Below are positions 40,737 to 51,322 of a DNA stretch of 64,000 bases, one piece after another. Within the stretch, counting starts at the first letter, position 1. The number at the start of each line of letters is the position of its first letter. The position numbers were made by a program, and so were the translations under genes. This stretch comes from a virus (taxonomy: Duplodnaviria; Caudoviricetes), in the IMG/VR virus record IMGVR_UViG_2654587976_000001, positions 64,871-128,870 of that record. One strand, 5' to 3'. A model generated the notes under the pieces. That model searched no databases. It was not told where the DNA came from and was given only the letters and a program-made list of their open reading frames with translations.

Positions 40737-40786
40737 AGAATAAAAATAAAATAGTTATTGATTAATTGATGAGATGCGAGTATATT
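40737..40786 (+). promoter_or_regulatory. SigA promoter with TAAAAATAAAATA element
   Basis: TTGATT 40758-40763, 17 nt, TATATT 40781-40786. Confidence 0.7.
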
Positions 40787-40812
40787 AGAAATATAGGAAG
40801 CGAGGTGATGCA

Positions 40813-40998
40813 TTGGAGTGTGTTAAATGCAAGGATCACATTGGCGACATAGTTTATTACATAAGAATAGCTGACAACAAAGAATATAAGGAATTCGCGG
40901 TACATAAAGAATGTGGAGAAGCAATCAAGAAAGAATGCATTGAAAATTGTAAAGACATGAAATTAGAAAAGACATTGGGTTACTTACAACTACTTTAA
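40813..40998 (+). CDS. Small zinc-binding hypothetical protein
   Basis: CVKC...HKEC. Confidence 0.65.
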   Translation: MECVKCKDHIGDIVYYIRIADNKEYKEFAVHKECGEAIKKECIENCKDMKLEKTLGYLQLL

Positions 40999-41054
40999 GA
41001 GTAAAAATAAAATATTCCTTTTATCGAGATTCAAATGAAATGGAGAGATGTTAA

Positions 41055-41285
41055 ATGGATAAATTGAAAGTTTGTTTACATAAAAAAGGTGCTCATACGT
41101 TAGAAAGAACTGTTAATGGGGGCTGGATATTAGATTCAAAACAAATTACTCAGGATCAAGCAATTAATGAACTAGCTGAAGCGGTTAGTGATTTAGGATA
41201 TTGGTGCCAAGTAGCAAAAGATGTTTTAGAAGAAGAAGACTTCAATGCAGTTCAAGAGGCGTATGAATACAAAGAGGAGGTATAA
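41055..41285 (+). CDS. Hypothetical protein
   Basis: 76-aa ORF with RBS. Confidence 0.65.
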   Translation: MDKLKVCLHKKGAHTLERTVNGGWILDSKQITQDQAINELAEAVSDLGYWCQVAKDVLEEEDFNAVQEAYEYKEEV

Positions 41286-41483
41286 ATGGCTAAAACAAGA
41301 CTAAACGGTTATTGGGATAACCGGCTAGATGCAAATGAAACCGTCTATGTAGATAGAGTATATAAGAAAGGATATGTAACAGGATTTAAGTATTTACAAG
41401 TTGGGGAGCATGAAGTTATTTCACCATTTAGGGCTACATATGAAGAGTTAGAGGGGAAATTTAATCAACGGAAATATTCATAA
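41286..41483 (+). CDS. Hypothetical protein
   Basis: 65-aa ORF with RBS. Confidence 0.65.
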   Translation: MAKTRLNGYWDNRLDANETVYVDRVYKKGYVTGFKYLQVGEHEVISPFRATYEELEGKFNQRKYS

Positions 41484-41555
41484 TTTCCCGGGCAAGCGCA
41501 GTATACGACAAATTAGAACAATCAGAGATCACTGTTTTAAGAAAGGGTGGAGTAA

Positions 41556-41894
41556 ATGGCCAACACACAATCTTTAAAAGAGAAAAAAGAAAAGCTAGAG
41601 AAAGAGAAAAGGATTTTAGAAGAGAAACTGAAAGATGTTGAGTCTAATATTACTAAAATTAATAATATGCAAAAGCCTTATGTAGCAAATGTCTCAGCAT
41701 ATAGTGGGCATTACTCAATGCAATTTGAAAAAGAGGAAAAAGCAAAGAAAAAGCTATATGAATATGCAAGTAAAAGATATTTCAAAAATGGGTTGAATTA
41801 TGGTGTTTATCTTTATAAGTGGAATGAAGACGGGAGCAAAACACTCTTGGAATCAATTCCACTAGGACGTGAAAATTTTGAGCCTAGGCTGTAA
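41556..41894 (+). CDS. Coiled-coil hypothetical protein
   Basis: 112-aa ORF. Confidence 0.65.
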   Translation: MANTQSLKEKKEKLEKEKRILEEKLKDVESNITKINNMQKPYVANVSAYSGHYSMQFEKEEKAKKKLYEYASKRYFKNGLNYGVYLYKWNEDGSKTLLESIPLGRENFEPRL

Positions 41895-41956
41895 GAGGCT
41901 ATTTAAAGCAATCAATTATAAATAAAATTCAATTTTTATAAAGAAAGGGGAAAACC

Positions 41957-42136
41957 ATGAGAGACATTACATCCGAATTCACATTAAGAGGAGTAAACAG
42001 GAAAACTCTGAAACTCCTGGCAACTAAGAGTATTGATTATCCAGATACATGGGTAAAGGTACAAATTGGAGATCAAATGGCAGAAGTTGAGGCCAAACAG
42101 CTATTGGTGGCAATAAATGCATTTAATGAAATGTAA
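41957..42136 (+). CDS. 59-aa hypothetical protein (YosB-like, not in ORF track)
   Basis: AAGGGG RBS; MRDITSEFTLRGVNRK... Confidence 0.65.
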   Translation: MRDITSEFTLRGVNRKTLKLLATKSIDYPDTWVKVQIGDQMAEVEAKQLLVAINAFNEM

Positions 42137-42168
42137 CGTTAAAGACATCCTTATAAGGAGGTGAATGA

Positions 42169-42597
42169 GTGGGACGCCATAAAGCAACATTTGAAGGGAA
42201 GGTAATTAAGAAAAGTTGGACATTAGGCCTGTGTGATGCCCTTGTACCAATTGAACAGCAATGTGAATATCAGACATTTTTTGAAGGGATCATCGACTTA
42301 GACCCAATTGAAGTCGAAGGGAAAGTGTATATCCCAGGGTTTAACGAATATGTAGTCGTAACAGACAGGCAGCGCAACACAAAAAATGAATGGACATATC
42401 AGACTGACAAGGTCATTAAAACAATTGAAGATAAAGAGAGCCTTGAAAAAGCGATTCAAACACAAGAAAAAATAGAGAAATGGAATCAGCAAGTTAAAGA
42501 AAACTATGAACGCTTTAAAGAGGAAGAAAAACGTAAAACTTCCTGGTGGAAGAGGTTTTGGTTTTCTAAATTAAAGAATGACAAAGGGGAATTTTGA
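42169..42597 (+). CDS. Hypothetical protein (YosD-like)
   Basis: 142-aa ORF with AGGAGG RBS. Confidence 0.7.
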   Translation: MGRHKATFEGKVIKKSWTLGLCDALVPIEQQCEYQTFFEGIIDLDPIEVEGKVYIPGFNEYVVVTDRQRNTKNEWTYQTDKVIKTIEDKESLEKAIQTQEKIEKWNQQVKENYERFKEEEKRKTSWWKRFWFSKLKNDKGEF

Positions 42598-43038
42598 ATG
42601 AATAATATTATACTTAATTATAAGGTTGGGACTGCATTAAAGGAGTTAGTCAAAACGATTGGAAAAGCTGAGCTTTATAAATTTGAAAATTTATTATGTC
42701 ATTACAAACACAGCAATAAGTATGAGGGAGAAACTCAAAAACAAATTTCAACAGTCGTTGATTTTGTAAGAAGTTCAGAGAAAAATCGAATTGCATACTA
42801 TAATGCTTTATCTAATGATTTTACGGTATTAGAAGAGGAGGACTACAGCGGAGAGCTGTCTTATGATTTTTATAAAAATGAAGGGGCGGCTGTCTTCATT
42901 AAAGGAAAAATGGTTTTTGGAATTCATCCCGACAACCTTCACAATAATTTAAGGGCTTTGGAAAATGGAGATTTAAAAATAAAGTGGTGGCAAATATATT
43001 GTCGTAATGAAAAAAAGGAGGCATCTGAAAATGATTAA
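42598..43038 (+). CDS. Hypothetical protein
   Basis: 146-aa ORF. Confidence 0.65.
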   Translation: MNNIILNYKVGTALKELVKTIGKAELYKFENLLCHYKHSNKYEGETQKQISTVVDFVRSSEKNRIAYYNALSNDFTVLEEEDYSGELSYDFYKNEGAAVFIKGKMVFGIHPDNLHNNLRALENGDLKIKWWQIYCRNEKKEASEND

Positions 43039-43228
43039 ATCTCAGAAAGTTAATGTTTTTAGAGAGACGTTACATTGTGATGAATGTGATAAAGCTCCAG
43101 AGCTTGTATTTTCAAATATGATGCTCACATCAAACCCGCCGAAGTATCCGTTTCAATGCCCATTGTGCATGAAAAAAGTTTATATGAAAACAACCTATCC
43201 AAAGGTTAGATATGATGCAGTTGATTGA
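43031..43228 (+). CDS. Zinc-ribbon protein
   Basis: AGGAGG RBS; CDEC and CPLC. Confidence 0.65.
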   Translation: MIKSQKVNVFRETLHCDECDKAPELVFSNMMLTSNPPKYPFQCPLCMKKVYMKTTYPKVRYDAVD

Positions 43229-43272
43229 AATTTAATTAAAAGTTTTATTTCATTGAAAACGAGGGGCGAATA

Positions 43273-43566
43273 ATGAAAAGTTTTGAAAAACTTGTTGTAA
43301 TTGATGGATATCAATTTAGAATCACATTCTTTGCCAAAGAAACCAGTCGCCTCGGACAGTGGTTAATAGACGAAGTTGTGGTTAAGGACAATGAAAAAAA
43401 CAAAGTTGTATACCGAGGCAATCCATTCTTCGGAAGTGCCCAGACACTTAAAGGTGCGTTTGAAGAGTCTGCAAGAGCTGCAAGAAAACGTTTATTAAGA
43501 AGCAAAGAAATTAATAACGATATTAAAGAATTGGAAAGCTGGGATGGAGTTATAAATTTTAATTAA
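43273..43566 (+). CDS. Hypothetical protein
   Basis: 97-aa ORF bracketed by junction palindromes. Confidence 0.65.
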   Translation: MKSFEKLVVIDGYQFRITFFAKETSRLGQWLIDEVVVKDNEKNKVVYRGNPFFGSAQTLKGAFEESARAARKRLLRSKEINNDIKELESWDGVINFN

Positions 43567-43671
43567 AGGATGATTTTAAGGAGTTGAATAGACATTAGTA
43601 TAAGTCAAAGGAAGTCTCAACGTATTCGAGAAGCTCTGATAAATTCAAACACAACTGCTGAGGAAATTGGA

Positions 43672-43890
43672 ATGGATAAGGCATTATCAGAAGTTCTCAA
43701 TCTACTCAAGAGAAGAATTTTGGAGCTGGAAACTTTATATTATCCAGAGTGGGAATATGAAAATGCAAAAGTGAAGCTTGAAGAGCTTAGAGAAATGGTG
43801 AATAGAATTAATGCACTTCGAGGAACCGGGAAGGATGAACAAAGTGAATTTGAAAATGCAGGAAGCGGTTTTACATCTCAACAAATATGA
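43672..43890 (+). CDS. Hypothetical protein (may start upstream at ATT 43594)
   Basis: Frame open from 43588. Confidence 0.55.
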   Translation: MDKALSEVLNLLKRRILELETLYYPEWEYENAKVKLEELREMVNRINALRGTGKDEQSEFENAGSGFTSQQI

Positions 43891-44152
43891 CAGCAGTTCA
43901 AAAAGTGCTCAAGATGCACAGAAGTTGTTGAATGCTTTGAAGGATACATACGATGTAGTCGGATGTCATTATAAACACTATAAAGGTGGCATTTACAAGG
44001 TTATTGGAGAGGTCATTCACACTGAAACAGAAGAAAAGCTGGTTACATATGAAGACCAAGACGGATTACTTTGGGCAAGACCTAAAGACATGTTCTTTGG
44101 AAAAGTGGTTGTTGATGGTAAAGAGACTAAGAGATTCACAAAAATAGATTAG
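43811..44152 (+). CDS. DUF1653-family protein
   Basis: YKHYKGGIY...HTETEEKLVTY...LWARPKDMF. Confidence 0.8.
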   Translation: MHFEEPGRMNKVNLKMQEAVLHLNKYDSSSKSAQDAQKLLNALKDTYDVVGCHYKHYKGGIYKVIGEVIHTETEEKLVTYEDQDGLLWARPKDMFFGKVVVDGKETKRFTKID

Positions 44153-44319
44153 GAGCTGATGAAAATGAATAAAAAATATGGACTTTATTGCATGGGAACA
44201 CTTGTTAACACTTATGATGACGCTATTGAGGCTCATAATGATGCTGTATATGCTCAAGAAGAAAGCGGAGTACCGCATGAAGTAAGAGAAATTCAATAAA
44301 AATAAGAGGAGGATATTAT

Positions 44320-44514
44320 ATGATTCAAGGATTTTATAAAGATCAGAAGCTTCACCTTTTAGAAGATCCTATGCAGCAATACACTGTCATGAAAGTAGAA
44401 GAAAATGCTGTATGTGTTTACCGGTGGATCGATGATTATAGACACAAGATTGAAAGATTTACAGATGTTGAAGAGGCTAAAAAGCTCCTTGGAGAGGGCT
44501 GGTCAAAACAATAA
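44320..44514 (+). CDS. Hypothetical protein (YosJ-like)
   Basis: 64-aa ORF with RBS. Confidence 0.7.
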   Translation: MIQGFYKDQKLHLLEDPMQQYTVMKVEENAVCVYRWIDDYRHKIERFTDVEEAKKLLGEGWSKQ

Positions 44515-44555
44515 TAAAGGCAGTTTGCAGAAATTTATAAATTGGAGGGCGAATA

Positions 44556-44834
44556 GTGAGAGACGAACTTTACGCAAGAGTTAAACGATTCATGGAAGAA
44601 AACGGAGTTACTTGCGAAGAAGTAGTTCACCAAAGCGATCGTGTCATCGAAAATGCTTATGGATTTATCGAAGACTTATTCCGGATAATTGAGCCGGATC
44701 TGCCTTGCATGGACGATGATGATTATGAAACTATCATATGCGAAATGTGCTTCGAAGCGAAGAGCGTAGATAAAGGCACATGGGCGTACGACAGAGGTAT
44801 GTGCGAACCATGCTACGCGAAGTATCAAGGATAA
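44556..44834 (+). CDS. Hypothetical zinc-finger protein
   Basis: CEMC and CEPC. Confidence 0.6.
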   Translation: MRDELYARVKRFMEENGVTCEEVVHQSDRVIENAYGFIEDLFRIIEPDLPCMDDDDYETIICEMCFEAKSVDKGTWAYDRGMCEPCYAKYQG

Positions 44835-44847
44835 GGAGGACGAAAAG

Positions 44848-45030
44848 ATGACGGAAAGTAATTATAGACCATCAGTTCCTCAATGGGTTAGTGATATTCT
44901 CTGGAAACAGAAAAACCAAGATCCATTTGCTACACATGGAGAAACCAAAAGATGGGAAGAGTGGAAGCGTAGATATTCAAGGAAATTAAAATATGCAAGA
45001 TTGAACGGATGGACGATCGAAGAAGAGTGA
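44848..45030 (+). CDS. Hypothetical protein
   Basis: 60-aa ORF with AGGAGG RBS. Confidence 0.65.
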   Translation: MTESNYRPSVPQWVSDILWKQKNQDPFATHGETKRWEEWKRRYSRKLKYARLNGWTIEEE

Positions 45031-45254
45031 ATGATTTGTAGCTTGAATCTAGATAAAATCACAGTTTCATAGGAAGGGGAAACAAAATGAGTGCAGCAAG
45101 AAAGTGGAGAGATTTGAGAAGTAAGCTAATTGGATATAAGGCATTCGGTAAGTTCAGTGATGTTGTTATTGACCATATTCTCAATGATATGAATGAGCTG
45201 GACGTAAGACATGAAAAAGATAAAAACAAAAAATAAAGAACAGGGAGTTGTGGA

Positions 45255-45605
45255 ATGGGAGCTGCTAAACAGTTATACGTTAAGCGCAGTCACTTTGTAA
45301 CTTTGGATGAAGCAAAAGAAAATACGCAAGTACATATGAAGAATGGTGGTTCTTACACTGCTTTAAAAGGAGAGCTGATTGCGACCAATTTTGAAGGGGA
45401 TCAAATGGTTATCACACAAGAGCAGAAAGCAGATTATATCCCAGTACCAATGTCAGAGCTTTCTGATTTAAAAGCTAAAATGGCCAAAGGTTACATGGAA
45501 ATGGGAGATATTAATTTAGAAATGTCTGAAGCATTCCATTATGCTGAAAATGAAGCAGAAACAACTACAAACAGCTTAGTTAACGGGGAATATAAAGAAT
45601 ATTGA
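45255..45605 (+). CDS. yosL: YosL-like protein with C-terminal MazE mimic
   Basis: MAKGYMEMGDINLEMSEAFHYAENEAE; directly upstream of nrdI. Confidence 0.88.
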   Translation: MGAAKQLYVKRSHFVTLDEAKENTQVHMKNGGSYTALKGELIATNFEGDQMVITQEQKADYIPVPMSELSDLKAKMAKGYMEMGDINLEMSEAFHYAENEAETTTNSLVNGEYKEY

Positions 45606-45997
45606 TTATTACATATGAAAGCAAGACAGGTAACGTGAAAAGGTTTGCCCAAGCATTACAAAGGGAGTTAAACTTCGATGTCATTGAAATTACAGATGAC
45701 TTAATCGTTGAAGAAGAATTCATACATATTACATATACGATAGGCTTTGGGGAAGTACCTGAAAGGACTTTGAATTTTATTATTAAGAATAAAAATAAAA
45801 TAAAAGGTGTTGTTGTGAGTGGTAACAAGGTTTGGGGTGATAACTATGGTTTAGCTGGGGACAAGCTCTCAGCAATGTTCCACGTACCATTGTTATTAAA
45901 GTTTGAACTAAGTGGAACAAAACAAGATTTGCAGAAGATTAATCGGGAGGTACAACTTATTGACAAACACAATACCAAAGTGGATCAAGCTCAATAA
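45602..45997 (+). CDS. nrdI: Ribonucleotide reductase flavodoxin NrdI
   Basis: YESKTGNVKRF, TYTIGFG, SGNKVWG. Confidence 0.95.
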   Translation: MIITYESKTGNVKRFAQALQRELNFDVIEITDDLIVEEEFIHITYTIGFGEVPERTLNFIIKNKNKIKGVVVSGNKVWGDNYGLAGDKLSAMFHVPLLLKFELSGTKQDLQKINREVQLIDKHNTKVDQAQ

Positions 45998-48059
45998 TGA
46001 GATCATGATTCAGAAAGACGGTAAGTTTCAATTTGAGAAGGATAAGGAGGCAGTGCACAGCTACTTTGTTGATTACATTAATCAAAATACAGTCTTTTTC
46101 CATGACTTAAAAGAGAAACTGGATTATCTGATTAAAAATGATTATTACGAAGAAGAATTCTTAAGCGAATACACATTTGAGCAGATTAAATCGATTTTTA
46201 AACTTGCTTACAGTTACAAATTCAGATTCCCATCTTTCATGAGTGCCTTTAAGTTCTACAATGACTATGCATTGAAGACAAACGACAAAACAAAGATCCT
46301 GGAGAGATATGAGGATCGCGTCTCAATTGTAGCTTTATTTTTCGCAGGTGGAGTCTATGAGAAAGCGGTTAAGAATGTGCGTACTATGATGAAACAAGAG
46401 TATCAGCCGGCAACGCCTACTTTCCTTAATGCAGGTCGTAAGCGAAGAGGAGAAATGGTGAGCTGCTTCCTACTTGAAGTGGGAGACAGTTTGAATGATA
46501 TTTCACGGGCGATTGATATTTCAATGCAATTGTCTAAAGTGGGTGGTGGCGTAGCGCTTAATCTAAACAAATTACGAGCCAAGGGTGAAGCAATTAAAGA
46601 CGTAGAGAATGCAACTAAAGGTGTCGTAGGTGTTATGAAGCTATTGGACAATGCTTTTAGGTATGCAGATCAGATGGGACAAAGACAAGGATCAGGAGCA
46701 GTTTATCTAAGTGTATTCCATCCAGACATCACAGACTTCCTGGATACCAAAAAAATAAGTGCTGATGAAGACGTCCGGGTTAAAACACTATCTATTGGGG
46801 TAGTTGTTCCTGATAAATTCATTGAATTGGCAAGAGAAGACAAGGATTATTACATGTTCTATCCTCATTCAGTTTACAAAGAATATGGGCAGTATCTTGA
46901 TGAGATGGACATCAGTAAAATGTATGATGAGCTTGTTGAAAACCCGAGGGTTAGAAAAGCAAAAGGGAATGCTCGAAAGCTGTTGGAGCAATTGGCCATT
47001 TTAAGAAGTGAATCTGGATATCCTTATATCATGTTTGCTGACAATGTAAATAAAGTGCATCCAAATGAACATATTTCAAAAGTGAAGTTTTCTAATTTGT
47101 GCTCTGAAGTCCTCCAAGCATCACAAGTGTCAGTCTATACAGATTACGATCAGGAAGATGAAATTGGATTAGATATTTCATGTAATCTTGGATCCATGAA
47201 CATTGTAAACGTAATGAGTAATCAATCAATTGCTTCAACGGTCAGAATTGCAATTGACTCGCTGACAACTGTTACAAGGAAAACAAACATTGTAAATGCC
47301 CCAGCTGTTGCGAGAGCAAATACACTAATGCGATCAATTGGTCTAGGACAGATGAACCTACATGGTTTTCTGGCTCAAAATAAAATCTCTTATGAAAGTG
47401 AAGAGGCTAAGGACTTTGCAAATACATACTTTATGATGGTTAATTTCTACTCCTTGCAGCGTTCAATGGAAATTGCAAAAGAAACAGGGGAGACATACTA
47501 CAAGTTTGATGGATCAACCTACAAATCAGGCGAGTATTTCGAAAAGTACGTGACAAATGATTATAGCCCTAAATATGAAAAGGTTAAAAGCCTATTTGGA
47601 GATCAACATATTCCTAACATTGAAGATTGGATGAAGCTTAAAGAGGATGTGATGAAATATGGTTTGTATCATTCGTATAGGCAAGCTGTTGCACCTACTG
47701 GAAGCATCTCATATGTTCAATCATCTACGGCCGGTGTAATGCCTATTATGGAGAGAATCGAGGAACGTACATACGGAAACAGTAAGACATATTATCCAAT
47801 GCCAGGTTTATCGGCTCAGAATTGGTTCTTTTATAAGGAAGCATACGACATGGATATGTTTAAGGTAGTTGATCTTATTGCCACTATTCAGCAGCACGTT
47901 GACCAAGGGATTTCATTTACGTTGTTCTTGAAGGATACGATGACGACAAGAGATTTAAACCGGATTGATTTATATGCGCATCACAAAGGTATTAAAACGC
48001 TGTATTATGCTCGAACGAAGGATACGACTCAAGAGGGTTGCTTGTCATGCGTTGTTTAA
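45960..48059 (+). CDS. nrdE: Class Ib RNR alpha subunit, no intron or intein
   Basis: TTG start after GGGAGG; PATPTFLN, SNLCSE, APTGSIS, C-terminal CLSC. Confidence 0.97.
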   Translation: MTNTIPKWIKLNNEIMIQKDGKFQFEKDKEAVHSYFVDYINQNTVFFHDLKEKLDYLIKNDYYEEEFLSEYTFEQIKSIFKLAYSYKFRFPSFMSAFKFYNDYALKTNDKTKILERYEDRVSIVALFFAGGVYEKAVKNVRTMMKQEYQPATPTFLNAGRKRRGEMVSCFLLEVGDSLNDISRAIDISMQLSKVGGGVALNLNKLRAKGEAIKDVENATKGVVGVMKLLDNAFRYADQMGQRQGSGAVYLSVFHPDITDFLDTKKISADEDVRVKTLSIGVVVPDKFIELAREDKDYYMFYPHSVYKEYGQYLDEMDISKMYDELVENPRVRKAKGNARKLLEQLAILRSESGYPYIMFADNVNKVHPNEHISKVKFSNLCSEVLQASQVSVYTDYDQEDEIGLDISCNLGSMNIVNVMSNQSIASTVRIAIDSLTTVTRKTNIVNAPAVARANTLMRSIGLGQMNLHGFLAQNKISYESEEAKDFANTYFMMVNFYSLQRSMEIAKETGETYYKFDGSTYKSGEYFEKYVTNDYSPKYEKVKSLFGDQHIPNIEDWMKLKEDVMKYGLYHSYRQAVAPTGSISYVQSSTAGVMPIMERIEERTYGNSKTYYPMPGLSAQNWFFYKEAYDMDMFKVVDLIATIQQHVDQGISFTLFLKDTMTTRDLNRIDLYAHHKGIKTLYYARTKDTTQEGCLSCVV

Positions 48060-48289
48060 ATATCTATACGGACAAACGCATCACAGAAGTCGGTGAAGTC
48101 TTTCGATATCTATATATTAGCCTTGGATGCTTTCGACTTGTATTTGCGTTAGGAGAAACAGTTTGGTATGAGAAGGGAAGAAAACGACGGATTCCTATAT
48201 TTTTTAAGAAAGATCGAAATGTTTTCTTCTTTTATTGTTATTACCTTGCAGTAGCTATTGGAGTTCCAGAAGTTAAGGAGGACGAATAA
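48038..48289 (+). CDS. Small hypothetical ORF between nrdE and nrdF
   Basis: 83-aa ORF filling the spacer. Confidence 0.45.
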   Translation: MLVMRCLNIYTDKRITEVGEVFRYLYISLGCFRLVFALGETVWYEKGRKRRIPIFFKKDRNVFFFYCYYLAVAIGVPEVKEDE

Positions 48290-50087
48290 TTGACAAAAAT
48301 TTATGACGCAGCAAACTGGTCAAAGCATGAAGATGATTTCACCCAGATGTTTTACAACCAAAATGTGAAGCAGTTCTGGCTTCCCGAAGAGATCGCATTA
48401 AACGGCGATCTCCTCACTTGGAAGTATCTTGGAACAAAGGAACAAGACACTTATATGAAAGTTTTAGCTGGGCTTACCTTATTAGATACAGAGCAGGGGA
48501 ACACGGGTATGCCGATTGTGGCCGAGCACGTTGAAGGGCATCAAAGAAAAGCAGTATTAAACTTTATGGCCATGATGGAAAATGCTGTCCATGCGAAATC
48601 TTACAGCAACATCTTTCTAACTTTGGCTCCAACCGAGAAGATCAATGAAGTCTTCGAATGGGTGAAAAACAATAAGTTTCTTCAAAAGAAAGCAAGAACA
48701 ATTGTTTCAATTTATAAAGCAGTTGAGAAAAACGATGATATTTCCTTATTCAAAGCAATGGTTGCATCTGTGTTTCTGGAGAGTTTCTTGTTTTACTCAG
48801 GGTTTTATTATCCACTTTACTTTTATGGACAAGGGAAGCTCATGCAGAGCGGTGAGATCATTAACCTGATTATTTAATAGTCCCTTTTGTCGGCAACGGC
48901 AAATGCGAACCTCTCTAATTGCTGGAAAATCCTTTTTAGGACAATCAGCAGCGAAGCTATGCGAACCCAAAGGAGGTGAAAATGATAAGGAAAGAAGTCG
49001 AAGAAGCGCCTTGGTGGATAACGGAAACGGGAGTTATCATATCAAAAAAATTAAAGAAGCCAAGAAAGACATTTATTACTCCACATGGCTATGAAATGAT
49101 AGGATACACGCATCCGAAAAGAGGAACACAGAACTTTTTAGTACATAGGTTAGTCGCGAAATATTTTATTCATGAAATACCAAAAGGAATGTTTGTAAAC
49201 CACATAGACGGAAATAAACTAAACAATCACGTTCGGAACTTAGAGATAGTTACACCTAAAGAAAATACTCTACATGCAATGAAAATTGGATTAATGTCAG
49301 GACAACCTGGAGAAAGTAATTCAATGTCAAAGCTCACAGACTCAGAGGCAACAAATTTAATCTATGATTTGCTTGCTGGAATGAATAATGTTGAAGCTGG
49401 TGAAAAATACAGCCTTCATCCTCGTTACGTTAGTCTGATTCGACATAAAAGAAGATGGAAGACTTTATGGGATCGCATAGAACGTTCAACGACTATCGCA
49501 TAGGCGGCGAAATTCCGCAAAACGAGTAGGGCGCAAGCTATTGGCGTGGGTGAGAACCCCTTAAATCGAAACGGGAGGCATCCTACAGGGATGATGATAT
49601 AGTCTGCTCCTTACGGTAACGTAAGGCGGTTGCGACAGGGCAACGAGCTGAGAGTAGCGAACTCGGTTGAACTAAAGGTATTAGAGACGAAGCACTGCAC
49701 GGCGTTTACGTCGGTTTATTAGCACAGGAGATATATAAGAATCAAACTCCTAAGAAGCAAAAAGAATTGTATGGATGGGCTTTAAGCTTTCTACAGGAGC
49801 TTTATGAAAATGAATTGGAGTATACAGAAGATGTTTATGATCAGGTTGGTTTAGCTCCAGATGTAAAGAAATTCATCAGATACAACGCAAATAAAGCATT
49901 AAACAATCTGGGCTTTGATCATTGGTTTGAAGAAGAGGATGTTAATCCAATCGTTATTAATGGATTGAGTACTAAAACTAAGTCGCATGACTTCTTTAGC
50001 CAAAAAGGGAATGGGTACAAAAAAGCAACGGTGGAGCCATTAAAGGATTCAGATTTCATTTTTACCGAGAAAGGATGTATTCAATGA
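48290..50087 (+). CDS. nrdF: Class Ib RNR beta subunit, spliced (48290-48870 plus 49679-50087, 329 aa)
   Basis: Joining restores [14 protein letters not shown] in frame (990 nt). Confidence 0.93.
48871..49678 (+). mobile_element. Group I intron (808 nt) in nrdF
   Basis: Exon ends in T, intron ends in G; core-like AATTGCTGGAAA, AATCAGCAG, GTTCAACGACTA and ATATAGTCT segments. Confidence 0.93.
48976..49503 (+). CDS. Intron-encoded HNH homing endonuclease (YosQ-like)
   Basis: VHRLVA...[11 protein letters not shown]...NLE...EN..HA. Confidence 0.92.
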   Translation: MKMIRKEVEEAPWWITETGVIISKKLKKPRKTFITPHGYEMIGYTHPKRGTQNFLVHRLVAKYFIHEIPKGMFVNHIDGNKLNNHVRNLEIVTPKENTLHAMKIGLMSGQPGESNSMSKLTDSEATNLIYDLLAGMNNVEAGEKYSLHPRYVSLIRHKRRWKTLWDRIERSTTIA

Positions 50088-50332
50088 GATTAATTAAATT
50101 AGAGCAGCCAAATTGCAATCCCTGCAAAATGGTGTCCAATTACTTAAATGATGCAGGCGTCGAATATGAGACAGTTGATGTAACACAGAAACCAGAAGTG
50201 GCAGCGCAATATGAGGTAATGGGTGTACCGGTAACCATTCTTCTAAGTGTTCAAGGAGAAGAAGTAAAACGAAGTATCGGTTTTATACCTGGTGAGTTAG
50301 ACACCTTAATAAATGATTTAAGGGGTCAATAA
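50084..50332 (+). CDS. Thioredoxin/NrdH-like redoxin
   Basis: CNPC motif after nrdF. Confidence 0.88.
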   Translation: MRLIKLEQPNCNPCKMVSNYLNDAGVEYETVDVTQKPEVAAQYEVMGVPVTILLSVQGEEVKRSIGFIPGELDTLINDLRGQ

Positions 50333-50838
50333 TGGGATTATTGATATTGGCTGGGATTGTTCTTGTTGCAACAACAATAGTTGTTTTAATAGATACATAC
50401 GGGGAATTGATTTTATCTGTAATCTGTGGATTCGTTGCTGCAGTTGTTGTACTAATTGTTGCTGGACTTATTGCAGTGTTTTTCCCCTTTGATAACCACG
50501 CAGTATTAGAAGAAAAGGTAAGTGTTTATTCAATTAAGGACAACATTAATATCAGTGGCAAATTTGTAATGGGCTCAGGGATCATCGACGATACACAATA
50601 TTTCTATTTCGTAATAGAAAAAGAAGGGTTTAAGTCAGTACATAAAGTGAAAGCAGAAACTTCTAGAGTAAAAGAAGGAGACTATAAAACTCCATATATG
50701 AAAAAGTATCGCTATGAATATACGAATAAATTTGTAAGGCTCATGTTTGGGGAATCTCCGCCTTTTAAGGAAAGATCATACGATTTCTTTTTACCGGAGC
50801 ATACAGTTACCCAGGAATATAAAGTTGACCTTGAATAG
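50332..50838 (+). CDS. Membrane protein
   Basis: Two N-terminal TM segments. Confidence 0.7.
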   Translation: MGLLILAGIVLVATTIVVLIDTYGELILSVICGFVAAVVVLIVAGLIAVFFPFDNHAVLEEKVSVYSIKDNINISGKFVMGSGIIDDTQYFYFVIEKEGFKSVHKVKAETSRVKEGDYKTPYMKKYRYEYTNKFVRLMFGESPPFKERSYDFFLPEHTVTQEYKVDLE

Positions 50839-50886
50839 TCAATAAACGGGCAGGTTTAAACAAACTAATATTAAAGGAGCTAATAA

Positions 50887-51249
50887 ATGTATTTCATTGA
50901 AAGTCAGGAAGAATTAATCGGGAAAGAAGTTTCTTACGTTTGGGCAAATCAATTTTGTGAGCAAACAACAATTATCACTAAAGATGCAGGCGTGTTTATG
51001 GTTTGTCAACAAGGTGACTGGGATGATGGCTGTGAGACAAGAATTTTATACCCACATGAAGCAAAGAAGATATTATACCCTCTGAAAAGAGAATTACATG
51101 AAAAAGGTGTGATCGATGAAGCAGAGTGGGAAGAGTATGAGAATGAGTTAAAAAAGAAGCAAGATGCTGAAAGAGAAAAGTACCTCAAAGAGAAAGACGA
51201 AAGTGATCGTAAACTATATGAAGAGTTGAGGGCAAAGTTCGAACAATAA
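50887..51249 (+). CDS. Hypothetical protein
   Basis: 120-aa ORF with RBS. Confidence 0.7.
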   Translation: MYFIESQEELIGKEVSYVWANQFCEQTTIITKDAGVFMVCQQGDWDDGCETRILYPHEAKKILYPLKRELHEKGVIDEAEWEEYENELKKKQDAEREKYLKEKDESDRKLYEELRAKFEQ

Positions 51250-51322
51250 TGAGTTGTTTATTTAACTGAAAAAAACAATACAAGAACGTACAAACATTAA
51301 AAATAAAAGGAGCTAATACATA

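Noticed and set aside
45200-45245. Second AimR operator before yosL
   Set aside because: A GAACAG half-site is present but no ATGTTC partner lies 25 bp upstream
48903-49094. 63-aa ORF in the track
   Set aside because: Overlaps intron core RNA and the HNH gene in another frame
49767-50087. Stand-alone 106-aa gene
   Set aside because: It is part of nrdF exon 2
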